The notes below the pieces were generated by a model that searched no databases, was not told the DNA's origin, and saw only the letters and a list, made by a program, of their open reading frames with translations. The position numbers and the translations under genes are program-made. Shown in pieces: positions 38,752 to 48,044 of a stretch of 64,000 nucleotides of DNA (position 1 is its first letter; every line of letters begins with the position of its first letter). Source of the DNA: an uncultured bacterium (GTDB lineage: Bacteria > Krumholzibacteriota > Krumholzibacteriia > LZORAL124-64-63); assembly GCA_963727525.1 (NCBI GenBank), contig CAVSGO010000007.1, positions 640,001-704,000 of the forward strand, written 5' to 3'.

Positions 38752-40215
38752 ATGTCTGCTAGCTACCCCTCGGTCTCGCCGCGACTCGCCAGCCTCTGGC
38801 TCGTCTTCATCCTCGCCGCCGGCGTGACGGCGAGCGTGGCGGCGGCGCCCGCCGCGAGCGACAGCAGCGCGGCAGTGCCCGTGCTCAGCCTCCGCGACTG
38901 CGTCGATATCGCGCTCGATGGCAGCATCCAGCTGCGCATCGCCGAGCAGCAGGACGATATCGCGCGGCAGGATATCAAGTCGGCGTGGGGCGCCTTCCTG
39001 CCCAGCGTGTCCCTGTCGTCGAGCTACCGCAAGAGCAACCGCACCGACTACGGCTCCGTGACGCCTGTCTACTCCTCGCAGCAGTTGCCGATGGTCGACA
39101 CGGGCGGTGACACGCTCTACTTCCCGACCGCGGTGGAGACGGGGACCATCACCGAGGATGTGAAGACGAAGTCCACGTACAAGGATGTCGGCGCGAATTT
39201 CGGGCTCACCCTCTTCGACGGACTGAGCAACGTCAACACGCTCAAGGCGGCGAAGGCCTCCGCGTCGGCGGCGGCTCACCAGCAGGTGTACACGCGCTCG
39301 CAGGTGATCCAGAACGTCGCCGTGGCCTACTACAACTTGCTGCGCTACCTCGCCCTGCGTGACGTGGGTGCGGAAGACCGTGACCGGGCGGCCAAGGAGC
39401 TCGAGCGCACCGAGACTTACTTCCGACTCGGTAGCGCAGCCAAGGCCGATGTACTCCAGCAGCGCGTGCGCCTCGAGAACACGAAGCTTGCCCTGGTGAC
39501 GGCCGAGAACCAGGTACAGCAGGCCTTCGCCGATCTCGCCTACGCGATGTATCGCCCACTGGAGTCCCCGTTCGACATCGATCGCTCGCCGCTCACTGCG
39601 AACATGCAGGTGGCGCCCATCGACTCGCTCTACACCGAGGCCCTGGCCAACCGCGAGGACCTGAAGGCCGATGCGATGACCATGGAGGCGCGTCAGAAGC
39701 AGGCCGCCGCCGCCGGGGGCGCACTGCTGCCCCAGGTCGACGCCTTCGCCGGCTACACGCGCTACAACAACCAGTCGCCTTACCGCTTCGGTTCGCAGAC
39801 CTCGGGGAGCTGGAGCTACGGCGTGCAGGGAAGCTGGTCCATCTTCAACCACTTCCAGAACTGGACGCGTCGGTCTCAGTCCAAGGCCAACGCGCGCATC
39901 GCGGAGTATAATTTCCAGCAGGCGCAGTTCGACGCTCAGCTCGAGGTGCGGCGCTTCCACAACTCGATGGTCGAGGCACGCGAACGTCTGGCCGTGAGCC
40001 GCGAAACCATCGCCCAGGCCGAAGAGGAACTCCGTCTGGCACAGGAACGCTTCCGCGTCGGTGCCGGTACCCAGCTCGACAAGATCACGGCCGAGGTCAG
40101 CCTGGCCCAGGCCAAGTCGGACGAGGTGCAGGCCATCTGCGACTACCTCATCGCGCGCGCTCAGCTCTACCGGGCGCTGGGGCGTCTCGACGATATCCAG
40201 AAGGTCGAACGGTGA
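38752..40215 (+). CDS. TolC family outer-membrane efflux protein
   Basis: [41 protein letters not shown]. Confidence 0.9.
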   Translation: MSASYPSVSPRLASLWLVFILAAGVTASVAAAPAASDSSAAVPVLSLRDCVDIALDGSIQLRIAEQQDDIARQDIKSAWGAFLPSVSLSSSYRKSNRTDYGSVTPVYSSQQLPMVDTGGDTLYFPTAVETGTITEDVKTKSTYKDVGANFGLTLFDGLSNVNTLKAAKASASAAAHQQVYTRSQVIQNVAVAYYNLLRYLALRDVGAEDRDRAAKELERTETYFRLGSAAKADVLQQRVRLENTKLALVTAENQVQQAFADLAYAMYRPLESPFDIDRSPLTANMQVAPIDSLYTEALANREDLKADAMTMEARQKQAAAAGGALLPQVDAFAGYTRYNNQSPYRFGSQTSGSWSYGVQGSWSIFNHFQNWTRRSQSKANARIAEYNFQQAQFDAQLEVRRFHNSMVEARERLAVSRETIAQAEEELRLAQERFRVGAGTQLDKITAEVSLAQAKSDEVQAICDYLIARAQLYRALGRLDDIQKVER

Positions 40216-40913
40216 CAGCGGGCCACCTCATCACGCTACGCGGGCTCGTGAAGACCTACGTGGTGGGGACGCAGGAAGTCTACGCCGTGTGCGGTCTCGA
40301 CCTGATCATCGATCCGGGCGAGTACGTGGCGGTGATGGGCAGCAGCGGCTCGGGCAAGTCGACGCTGATGAACTTGATCGGCTGCCTCGACACGCCCACC
40401 GCCGGCTATTACGAACTGAACGGACGTGACGTGAGCCACCTCGACGAGGACGAGCTGGCGCGGATCCGCAACGAGGAGATCGGCTTCGTCTTCCAGACCT
40501 TCAACCTGCTTCCCCGCAGCACGGCGGCGCAGAATGTCGAGCTACCATTGATCTATGCCGGTGTGCCGGTGGCCGAGCGCCGCGAACGCGTGCAGGAGGC
40601 CCTCACCTCGGTGGGCCTGGCTGATCGTGTGCACCATCGGCCCAACGAGCTGAGCGGCGGCCAGCGGCAGCGGGTGGCGATCGCACGGGCGCTCGTGAAC
40701 CGCCCGTCGCTGCTCCTGGCCGACGAGCCCACCGGCAATCTCGATTCGCGTACCAGCGAGGAGATCATGGCCCTGCTGAGTGATCTGGAGCAGCAGGGCC
40801 AGACGATCATCCTGGTCACTCACGAGTCGGACATTGCCGCGTTCTCACAGCGCATCATCCGGCTGCACGACGGCACCATCTCGAGCGACGAGCGTAATGC
40901 AGTCCGTCGCTGA
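40212..40913 (+). CDS. ABC ATP-binding protein (LolD/MacB type)
   Basis: [47 protein letters not shown] overlap with tolC. Confidence 0.93.
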   Translation: MTAGHLITLRGLVKTYVVGTQEVYAVCGLDLIIDPGEYVAVMGSSGSGKSTLMNLIGCLDTPTAGYYELNGRDVSHLDEDELARIRNEEIGFVFQTFNLLPRSTAAQNVELPLIYAGVPVAERRERVQEALTSVGLADRVHHRPNELSGGQRQRVAIARALVNRPSLLLADEPTGNLDSRTSEEIMALLSDLEQQGQTIILVTHESDIAAFSQRIIRLHDGTISSDERNAVRR

Positions 40914-42180
40914 ATCGCGCCGCCGGGCATGCCTCATCGCACTCTGTTTTTTGATCGGGGCGGTGGTCCTGGTCGGATGCGCGGGCAGCGGTCCGGGGCT
41001 CGGCGAGTCGGGCGATTCTCACCTGCCTCTGCAGGCTTTCGTGGCTACCCGCCTCGACTCGGCCGGCCACGCCGAGGCGCAGGTCCGCGTGGAGACTACC
41101 CATCGCGCCCTGGTGTTCACCCGCGGCGACGCCGGGTTTCACAGCGAGCTGGTCGTACTCGTCACGGCCCGGCGGGGCGACGATCAGGTCGGTGGCGGAG
41201 TCGGACAGACCACGGTCGACGTGATGAGCTACGAGGCGACGCGATCGAGCGACGCCGTGATCGTGGATGTCCCCCTCGTCGTGCGCGGCGGCGACGACGT
41301 CGTCCTCGCCGTCACCGCGTCGGTACGCCAGACGCAGCGTCGCTGGCAGCGGCGCCTCGCCTTCTCGCCGCACGCCCTGGCTGCGATGCCCCTGGCCGTG
41401 CAGCATGTGCGCATGAGCCCACCGGCGGGCGCGGCCGGGACCCATGTCGTCACGGCCGACGACGACACGGTGCGCCTGGCCGTAGGGTTGCGTCGCACCA
41501 GTGAGCCCTGGCCGCAGTCGGGCGTGCGGCTCGTGGCCACCCTCACCGCCAGTGGTCTTACCGAGCCGCGGTCGGTGGTGCGCGATATCGCGCCGCCGGC
41601 GGCCGCGCGCGACTCGGTGGCGACAGATCTCGAATTCCCCGCCACGCAACTCCCGTTCGGCCGCGTCTCGATCGAGCTGTCTCTCGACCTGTTGCGCGAC
41701 GGACATCGGCAGAGCCTCCCATACGGACGTCCCCTTGCGCTGGAGGTGCTACGCGTCCCCGTGGACGACGACCACGCCTGGCGCCGCCACGTGGGCTGGC
41801 TCAAGGGTCTGTTGCCGGACGCGGTGCAGGACTCGTTGCGCGCCCTGCCTGCCGCGCAGCGTCAGGCAGCCTGGACGGCGGCGTGGCAACGCATCGCCGC
41901 GTCGCGATCCGAAGATCCGCAGACCGCGGCCCTCGACCATCTGCGCCGCATCGTGACTGCCGACGAACGATTCGGGCAGTTCGGTCGTGGCGCTCTCAGC
42001 GATCGCGGGCGCGCCATCATCCGCTATGGCGAGCCCGGCCACGTCGAGCGGTACCTGGACAACCTCTCGGGGACCGGTGTCTGGGAGATCTGGGAGTACC
42101 CGGATCTGGGACTGCGCCTGCTTTTCTTCGACGCCCACGGTATGGGCGATTTCCAGCTCTCCGACGTCCAGCACGTGTAG
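40897..42180 (+). CDS. GWxTD-domain lipoprotein
   Basis: Lipobox [41 protein letters not shown]. Confidence 0.75.
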   Translation: MQSVAESRRRACLIALCFLIGAVVLVGCAGSGPGLGESGDSHLPLQAFVATRLDSAGHAEAQVRVETTHRALVFTRGDAGFHSELVVLVTARRGDDQVGGGVGQTTVDVMSYEATRSSDAVIVDVPLVVRGGDDVVLAVTASVRQTQRRWQRRLAFSPHALAAMPLAVQHVRMSPPAGAAGTHVVTADDDTVRLAVGLRRTSEPWPQSGVRLVATLTASGLTEPRSVVRDIAPPAAARDSVATDLEFPATQLPFGRVSIELSLDLLRDGHRQSLPYGRPLALEVLRVPVDDDHAWRRHVGWLKGLLPDAVQDSLRALPAAQRQAAWTAAWQRIAASRSEDPQTAALDHLRRIVTADERFGQFGRGALSDRGRAIIRYGEPGHVERYLDNLSGTGVWEIWEYPDLGLRLLFFDAHGMGDFQLSDVQHV

Positions 42181-42276
42181 TGCGGACTCAAGAATTCCGA
42201 CGCGGAGTCGAAATCAGGGAGGTCACCCGAGATCCCCGCGGGCGCTGCGCACTTGCGAGCCGGCGCTGAGGTCCAG

Positions 42277-43545
42277 ATGTACTTCTACGCGTTCTACCCT
42301 CTCGGCCTCGACGTGCGCCTTGCACGTCGTCCCTGGTTGTCGATCAGCCTCGTCGCGGTGATGGTGGGGGTCTTCCTCTGGTTGCGGTACTTTCCTTACG
42401 CCGGACCCGTCTATCCGGGCAGCCTGATCTTCTGGCCTGGCAACGGTGTGCCCGCAACCACGGTGACGGCCATATTCCTGCACGGAAGCTGGATGCACCT
42501 GCTGGGCAACCTGGTCTATCTCGGTGTCTTCGCGCCAGCGATGGAGGACCGGCTGGGGCGGGGACGATTCTTGCTCCTGTTCCTCATGCTGGGAGTCGCC
42601 GGCAATCTGGCGCACGGCGTGGTGGCGATGGAGGGCTGGCTCGGGCAACGTGGGCTGGCCGTGCTCGGTGCGTCGGGGGCGATCTCGGGGTTGCTCGGGC
42701 TCGCGCTCGTGCGGTTCTCGTTCGCGCGGGTGGCGATCGCTTACTGGGTGTTCGCGCCGCTGCAGGGGCAGAATCGCGCCGGGCGCGCGATGCTGCCGGT
42801 ACCGGTGGCCGTGCTATCGTGGTTGCTGCTGCAACTCGTGCACACGGCCGTGGCCCGCGAAGCCGCGGCCACGGTGTCGTATGGCGCGCATCTCGGCGGC
42901 TTTGGCCTGGGAATCGTACTGGGCTTCATGCTCGGTCTGCGGCGCGAAGCGCGCGCCGAGGCGAGTCTGCAGCGCGCGCGCGACTACCTCGGCCAGGGCG
43001 TGGGTTTCGCCGCCATGGGCGCCTACGACGAGTACCTGGCTCATGCGCCGGACGATGCCGAGGTCCAACGCGAGCAGGCGCGCGCCGCGCTCATGGCGGG
43101 CCAGCGGGGACTGGCGCGCCAGCGCTATCAGACGCTCGTGCGGCGTTACCGCGACGCGGGACGCCTCGACCAGGCTTGCGACGTCTATCTCGAGGGTCGT
43201 CGCCTGCAGCGTGGTCTGGGGTTGCCTCCGCACGAACTCGCGGCGGTGGCCCACTGGCTGGAGAAGTCGGGTGCGTCCGCGAGTGCCGTGCACGCGTACG
43301 AGGACCTCGTGGAGATGTACGGGAGCCATCCCGAGAGCGACCGCGCGTGGGTGCGTATCGTGATGCTGCTGCACGGCGCGCTGGGGGAGACGGAGGAGGC
43401 GCGGCAGTGGCTCGCGCGCGCCCGGAAGGCGTTGCCGTCCGGGGCATGGCGGGACTTCCTGGAAGGTGAGTTCAGGCAGGAAACAACCACGCGTGCAGGT
43501 CTGGCAGCACCTCCGGCACCCGCAACGCCGGGACGAGCACCCTGA
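42277..43545 (+). CDS. Rhomboid intramembrane serine protease with C-terminal TPR-like domain
   Basis: FLHGSWMHLLGN, catalytic GASG, YGAHLGG; helical C-terminal region. Confidence 0.88.
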   Translation: MYFYAFYPLGLDVRLARRPWLSISLVAVMVGVFLWLRYFPYAGPVYPGSLIFWPGNGVPATTVTAIFLHGSWMHLLGNLVYLGVFAPAMEDRLGRGRFLLLFLMLGVAGNLAHGVVAMEGWLGQRGLAVLGASGAISGLLGLALVRFSFARVAIAYWVFAPLQGQNRAGRAMLPVPVAVLSWLLLQLVHTAVAREAAATVSYGAHLGGFGLGIVLGFMLGLRREARAEASLQRARDYLGQGVGFAAMGAYDEYLAHAPDDAEVQREQARAALMAGQRGLARQRYQTLVRRYRDAGRLDQACDVYLEGRRLQRGLGLPPHELAAVAHWLEKSGASASAVHAYEDLVEMYGSHPESDRAWVRIVMLLHGALGETEEARQWLARARKALPSGAWRDFLEGEFRQETTTRAGLAAPPAPATPGRAP

Positions 43546-44692
43546 CGGTGCCGCCATCGCTGCGCAGATGGGCCTCGCCGAGCCCGCGGTCGGCGAGCCA
43601 GTCGCGCAAGGTCGCGAGTGCGGCCGGCCATGAGCGCGGGCGCGCGCCGGGAAGCGAAAGGCTGGCGAGCCCGACGTCCCGCACGACCTGGTGCCCCGCG
43701 TCCGCGGAGCCGCCAAGGCCACTCATGATCCGGTCGAGCGCGCGCGCCGTACCCCAGCCCTCCCAGTGTCCCGCGGCGCCGGTGGCGAGCCACTCGGCGA
43801 CGAGGGTTTCGGCGTCGACCCGGGCGATAGCCGCCGTCAACCGCTTCTCGCTCGGCCCGTCGTGCCAGGTGATGCGCATCCGCTCGCACGGCGTATCGAC
43901 GGAGATCACCAGCGGTCGGAAGTCCGGCCGCTCCGCGGAGGGCGGCGTGGGCGGCGCCGCGGCGACCATCGTGCCGGGGCCGTTGGTGAAGCTGGAGCGC
44001 ACGACGAGGGGCACGCCGTGCGCGTGCGCATAGGCCACCGCGCGCGGATGCACGACACCGCAGCCGGCGTCGGCGATGGCCTGCATCTCGTCGTAGGCGA
44101 GGATGGTATGGGGGCGGGCATCACGGACGAGGTGGGGATCGGCGGTCATGACACCGTCGACGTCTTTCAGGATCTCGCAGCGTTCGGCGCCGAGGGCCGC
44201 GGCCAGGGCTACCGCGGTGGCATCGCTGCCGCCGCGCCCGAGGGTGGTGATTTCCTTGGCATGACTGACGCCCTGGAAGCCAGCCACCACCACCACGTAC
44301 CCGGCCGCGAGCGCGCCGCGAACGCGGTCGCCCTTGACCTCGAGGATGCGGGCGTCGGTGTGGCTGCCGTCGGTGATGATGCCGCACTGGCTGCCCGTCA
44401 GGGACAGGGCGGGGCAGGTTTCGGCCGCCAGGGCCATGCACAGCAACGACATGCTGATGCGTTCGCCCACCGAGAGCAGCATGTCCAGCTCGCGTCGGGG
44501 CGGATCGGGATTCGCCGCGTAGGCGTCGGCGACGAGCTTGTCCGTGGTGTGGCCCATCGCGCTGACGACGACCACGAGGCGGTAGCCGCGGTCGCGGCAC
44601 GCTTTGAGATCGCGGGCGACCTCGCGCAGGCGCGGCACGTCGGCCAGGCTGGTGCCACCGTACTTGCGCACGAGTATGGGGACCGACGTCAC
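43472..44692 (-). CDS. lysC: Aspartate kinase (divergent C-terminal region)
   Basis: KYGGTS, VVSAMG.TTD.L, DMLLSVGE, AGFQG, TTLGRGGSDATAV, DVDGV.TADP. GGAGG RBS with GTG start. Confidence 0.9.
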   Translation of the reverse strand: MTSVPILVRKYGGTSLADVPRLREVARDLKACRDRGYRLVVVVSAMGHTTDKLVADAYAANPDPPRRELDMLLSVGERISMSLLCMALAAETCPALSLTGSQCGIITDGSHTDARILEVKGDRVRGALAAGYVVVVAGFQGVSHAKEITTLGRGGSDATAVALAAALGAERCEILKDVDGVMTADPHLVRDARPHTILAYDEMQAIADAGCGVVHPRAVAYAHAHGVPLVVRSSFTNGPGTMVAAAPPTPPSAERPDFRPLVISVDTPCERMRITWHDGPSEKRLTAAIARVDAETLVAEWLATGAAGHWEGWGTARALDRIMSGLGGSADAGHQVVRDVGLASLSLPGARPRSWPAALATLRDWLADRGLGEAHLRSDGGTVRVLVPALRVPEVLPDLHAWLFPA

Positions 44693-44862
44693 GGCAGAGA
44701 CCTCCGACAGTCCGGGGTGCGGCGGCCAGGATAGGCCAACGTCCGTGCGGGGACAAGGGGGTAGACGCAAAGGTCGCGCGCGGAACCAGCGGCAGGAAAA
44801 AGAGTTGCCGGGACCGGTCCCGTTTGCTAGTTTTCCCCTGCCTCCCATGGAGTCGTACTTTC

Positions 44863-45588
44863 TTGAAATCACTGGATTTACGACAGCCGGAGGCTGAAGA
44901 TGGCGCGATTCCGGCGGGCGGGACGCGCGCCGGTGGCAGGGAATGCGAGCGGCTCTGGCGTCACGGGGCGCGCAGCCTCGCCTCGGGCGAGCTGGTAGCC
45001 CTGGTGCTCGGACCGGGCGGATCCGTGGCGGCGCCGGTCCTGGCGCAGTTCCTGCTCAATCGCGTGGGCGACCTCGGTGGCCTGGCGCAGGCGAGCGCCG
45101 AAGCGCTGAGCGCGATTCCCGGACTCGGGCGCGCGCGCGCGGCGCGGCTGCTAGCGGCGGTCGAGCTTGGGCGGCGGTTGCAGGTGGCTCCGCGGGCGCT
45201 GCGGCCGGCCGTGCACGGACCGCACGACCTGGCCGATCTGCTGGGCGCGGAGCTGCGGGGTCTGGACCGGGAGCACTTCCTCGGTCTCTACCTCGACGCC
45301 CGCCACCGCGTGATGGTGGTGCGCACCATCTCGGTTGGGACGCTCGACGCGTCGCTCGTGCATCCGCGCGAGGTGTTCCTGCCGGCCGTCGGACTGCAAG
45401 CGGCGGCAGTGATCGTCGCGCACAATCACCCGTCGGGCTGTGCACGGCCCAGCGGGGAAGATCTGGAACTCACGCGTCGCCTGGCGAGCTGCGGCGACCT
45501 GCTCGGAATCGCGTTGCTGGACCACCTGGTGGTGGGTGACGGAGAGATCATCAGCATTCGCGAGTATGGCTGGCCCGCGACCGTCTGA
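44863..45588 (+). CDS. radC: RadC family JAB-domain protein
   Basis: ERL..HGA..L...EL; GTLDASLVHPREVF; AHNHPSG..PS.ED; LLDHLVVG. The start codon is uncertain (TTG). Confidence 0.9.
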   Translation: MKSLDLRQPEAEDGAIPAGGTRAGGRECERLWRHGARSLASGELVALVLGPGGSVAAPVLAQFLLNRVGDLGGLAQASAEALSAIPGLGRARAARLLAAVELGRRLQVAPRALRPAVHGPHDLADLLGAELRGLDREHFLGLYLDARHRVMVVRTISVGTLDASLVHPREVFLPAVGLQAAAVIVAHNHPSGCARPSGEDLELTRRLASCGDLLGIALLDHLVVGDGEIISIREYGWPATV

Positions 45589-45620
45589 CGGACGGTCGCG
45601 CTGAACGAGGACGGATCCCT

Positions 45621-46643
45621 ATGTTGAAACGCCTGCAGGGCATGTTCACCAACGACATCGCAATCGATCTGGGCACGGCCAACACTCTCGTGTATATCAA
45701 GGGCAAGGGCATCGTGCTGAACCAGCCGTCGGTGGTGGCGATCAACAAGACCACGGACAAGGTCTATGCCGTCGGCCAGCAGGCCAAGGCCATGCTCGGC
45801 AAGACGCCCGACAGCATCGCGGCCATCCGTCCTCTGAAGGACGGTGTCATCGCGGACTTCGAGGTCTGCGAGTACATGCTGCGCGAGTTCATCAAGATCG
45901 CGCAGAAGAAGCGCCATTTCATCGCGCCGCGCATCATCATCTGCGTGCCTTCGGGCATCACGGAGGTGGAGAAGCGCGCGGTGCGCGACAGCGCCAAGCA
46001 CGCGGGCGCGCGCGAGGTGTTCCTGGTGGCCGAGCCCGTGGCGGCGGCAATCGGTGTGGGTTTGCCGGTGGATCAGCCAAGTGGCAACATGATCATCGAC
46101 ATCGGCGGTGGTACCACCGAGATCGCGGTCATCGCGCTCAACGGCATCGTCTGCGACACGAGCATCCGTGTGGGCGGTGACGAACTCGACGAGGCCATCG
46201 TCAGCTACGTCAAGAAGACCCACAACCTGCTCATCGGCGACCAGACGGCCGAGATGATCAAGAAGACGATCGGCTCGGCTCACAAGTCGGCCGAGGAGCT
46301 GGAGATGGAGGTCAAGGGCCTCTACCAGGTCACCGGCGTGCCCAAGACGATCAAGGTGACGTCGTCGGAGATCCGTGAAGCACTGCAGGAATCGGTGCAG
46401 CAGATCGTCGACGCGCTCAAGCACGCACTCGAGCAGACGCCGCCCGAGCTGGCTGCTGACATCAAGGACCGCGGCATCGTCCTCACCGGTGGCGGTGCGT
46501 TGTTGCGCGGATTGCCGGAGCTGATGCGCGAGGCCACGGATCTGCCGATCAATCTCATGGACGATCCGCTTTTCTGCGTCGTCCTGGGAACCGGCAAGAT
46601 CCTCGACGACTTCGAGAAGTATCGCCCCGTCATCATGCGGTGA
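45621..46643 (+). CDS. mreB: Rod shape-determining protein MreB
   Basis: IDLGTANTL, RPLKDGVIADF, DIGGGTTE, LTGGGALL. Confidence 0.98.
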   Translation: MLKRLQGMFTNDIAIDLGTANTLVYIKGKGIVLNQPSVVAINKTTDKVYAVGQQAKAMLGKTPDSIAAIRPLKDGVIADFEVCEYMLREFIKIAQKKRHFIAPRIIICVPSGITEVEKRAVRDSAKHAGAREVFLVAEPVAAAIGVGLPVDQPSGNMIIDIGGGTTEIAVIALNGIVCDTSIRVGGDELDEAIVSYVKKTHNLLIGDQTAEMIKKTIGSAHKSAEELEMEVKGLYQVTGVPKTIKVTSSEIREALQESVQQIVDALKHALEQTPPELAADIKDRGIVLTGGGALLRGLPELMREATDLPINLMDDPLFCVVLGTGKILDDFEKYRPVIMR

Positions 46644-46692
46644 GACAGTCGACAGGCTGTGAGACCTTGCCGCGGAGGGAGCCCGGGCACGC

Positions 46693-47553
46693 ATGGTGCG
46701 TTCATCCCAGCCAGCAGTGCGCGCCGACGTCATCGCGTTGTCGAGCTGCTTGCTGCTCTCGCTGCTCCTGCTGAACCTGCCGAATCATGCGCGTGTGAGA
46801 GTGGCGTACACGCTGGCGTCTGTCATCGTCACGCCCTACCAGAACCTGCGCAATTTCGCCGAAGACGTGCTGCAGGTGCGCGCGGAGAACGCCCGCCTGG
46901 CGGCCCAGGTCGAGGTGCTGGAACTCAGGGCCGCCGTCGCCCGGCGAGCCACCGCCGACAGTTCGCGCGCGGCGGCGGTGCACGCCCTCGATCCCGGCGT
47001 GACGGGGCCACTGGCGCCGTGCCAGGTGATCGCGCGGCAACGCGCGCGCTACGCGAGCATGGTCCAGATTGTCAGCCGTGATCCGCTGCAATGGCGTTCG
47101 GGGCTGGCCGTGATCGATCCGCGCGGCTACATCGGTCGCGTGCACACGGTGATGGACTCCCGCGCCGCCTGGGTGGAGCTGCTCACGTCGCCGGACATGG
47201 CTCTGGGCGTGGAGATCGTCCGCACCGGCCTCGTGGGCGTGTTGCGCCCGCGCGCCGACACGTTCGTCCTCGAGATGGTGGGGCGCGACGAGGATGTGGA
47301 GTCGGGCGACGTGGTCGTCACCTCGGGCATCGCGGAGATCCGCGAGGATGCGAGCGACGAGCCGCGCGACCCGGTGCCGCGCGGTCTCCCGGTGGGCGTG
47401 GTGCGCGAGGTGAGCGCCCCCACCGATCAGATCTTCAAGCAGATCGTGGTGGAGCCCCTCGCGGATTTCGACCGCAACGAGGTCGTCTTCGTGGTCGGAG
47501 CCTCGCGTCTGGCACCTTCGGCGTCGGCGCCGTCGGCCGGGAATCGGCCATGA
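46693..47553 (+). CDS. mreC: Rod shape-determining protein MreC
   Basis: TM plus coiled coil (RAENARL), GDVVVTSG, PRGLPVGVV; follows mreB. Confidence 0.88.
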   Translation: MVRSSQPAVRADVIALSSCLLLSLLLLNLPNHARVRVAYTLASVIVTPYQNLRNFAEDVLQVRAENARLAAQVEVLELRAAVARRATADSSRAAAVHALDPGVTGPLAPCQVIARQRARYASMVQIVSRDPLQWRSGLAVIDPRGYIGRVHTVMDSRAAWVELLTSPDMALGVEIVRTGLVGVLRPRADTFVLEMVGRDEDVESGDVVVTSGIAEIREDASDEPRDPVPRGLPVGVVREVSAPTDQIFKQIVVEPLADFDRNEVVFVVGASRLAPSASAPSAGNRP

Positions 47554-48041
47554 GAGCCTTCGTCCGCACGTCCTTCGTCTGGATCCTGCTGGCCTTCGTG
47601 GGCGAGACGATCATCGAGCCCACCGTGGCCATTCACGGCGTCGCGCCGGATTTCGGCGTCATCGCCATCGTGGTGCTGGCCATGGCCCAGGGTTCGTTCG
47701 CCGGCACGGTCGGCGGCTTCATCCTCGGCCTGGTGCAGGACCTGTCGATCCCGAATCTCCTTGGCCTGCAGGCGCTGTGCAACTCGCTGCTCGGATTCGC
47801 GGTGGGCCGGGTGCGGGGCCGGCTCGTCTACGGCGTGCCGGTGGTCGAGGGCGCTCTCGTCCTCGTCTCCTCGCTGGCGCACGACACCCTGTTTCTGCTC
47901 GTCCAGAGCCGACTGCAGAGCGATGCGTTCCTGGGTCCGCTGCTCACGCAGGCGGTGCCCACGGCGTTCTACACGGCCATCGTGGGTATCCCGATCATCC
48001 GTCTCGCCGACATGCTCGGTGTGTTGCAGCGGGAGGATTGA
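47550..48041 (+). CDS. mreD: Rod shape-determining protein MreD
   Basis: Hydrophobic, GVAPDF, GFILGLVQDL, LGLQAL; operon position. Confidence 0.88.
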   Translation: MRAFVRTSFVWILLAFVGETIIEPTVAIHGVAPDFGVIAIVVLAMAQGSFAGTVGGFILGLVQDLSIPNLLGLQALCNSLLGFAVGRVRGRLVYGVPVVEGALVLVSSLAHDTLFLLVQSRLQSDAFLGPLLTQAVPTAFYTAIVGIPIIRLADMLGVLQRED

Positions 48042-48044
48042 CGC

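Noticed and set aside
44863-45588. radC as a mobile-element (anti-restriction) marker
   Set aside because: It is a full-length form in the conserved chromosomal radC-mreBCD context.
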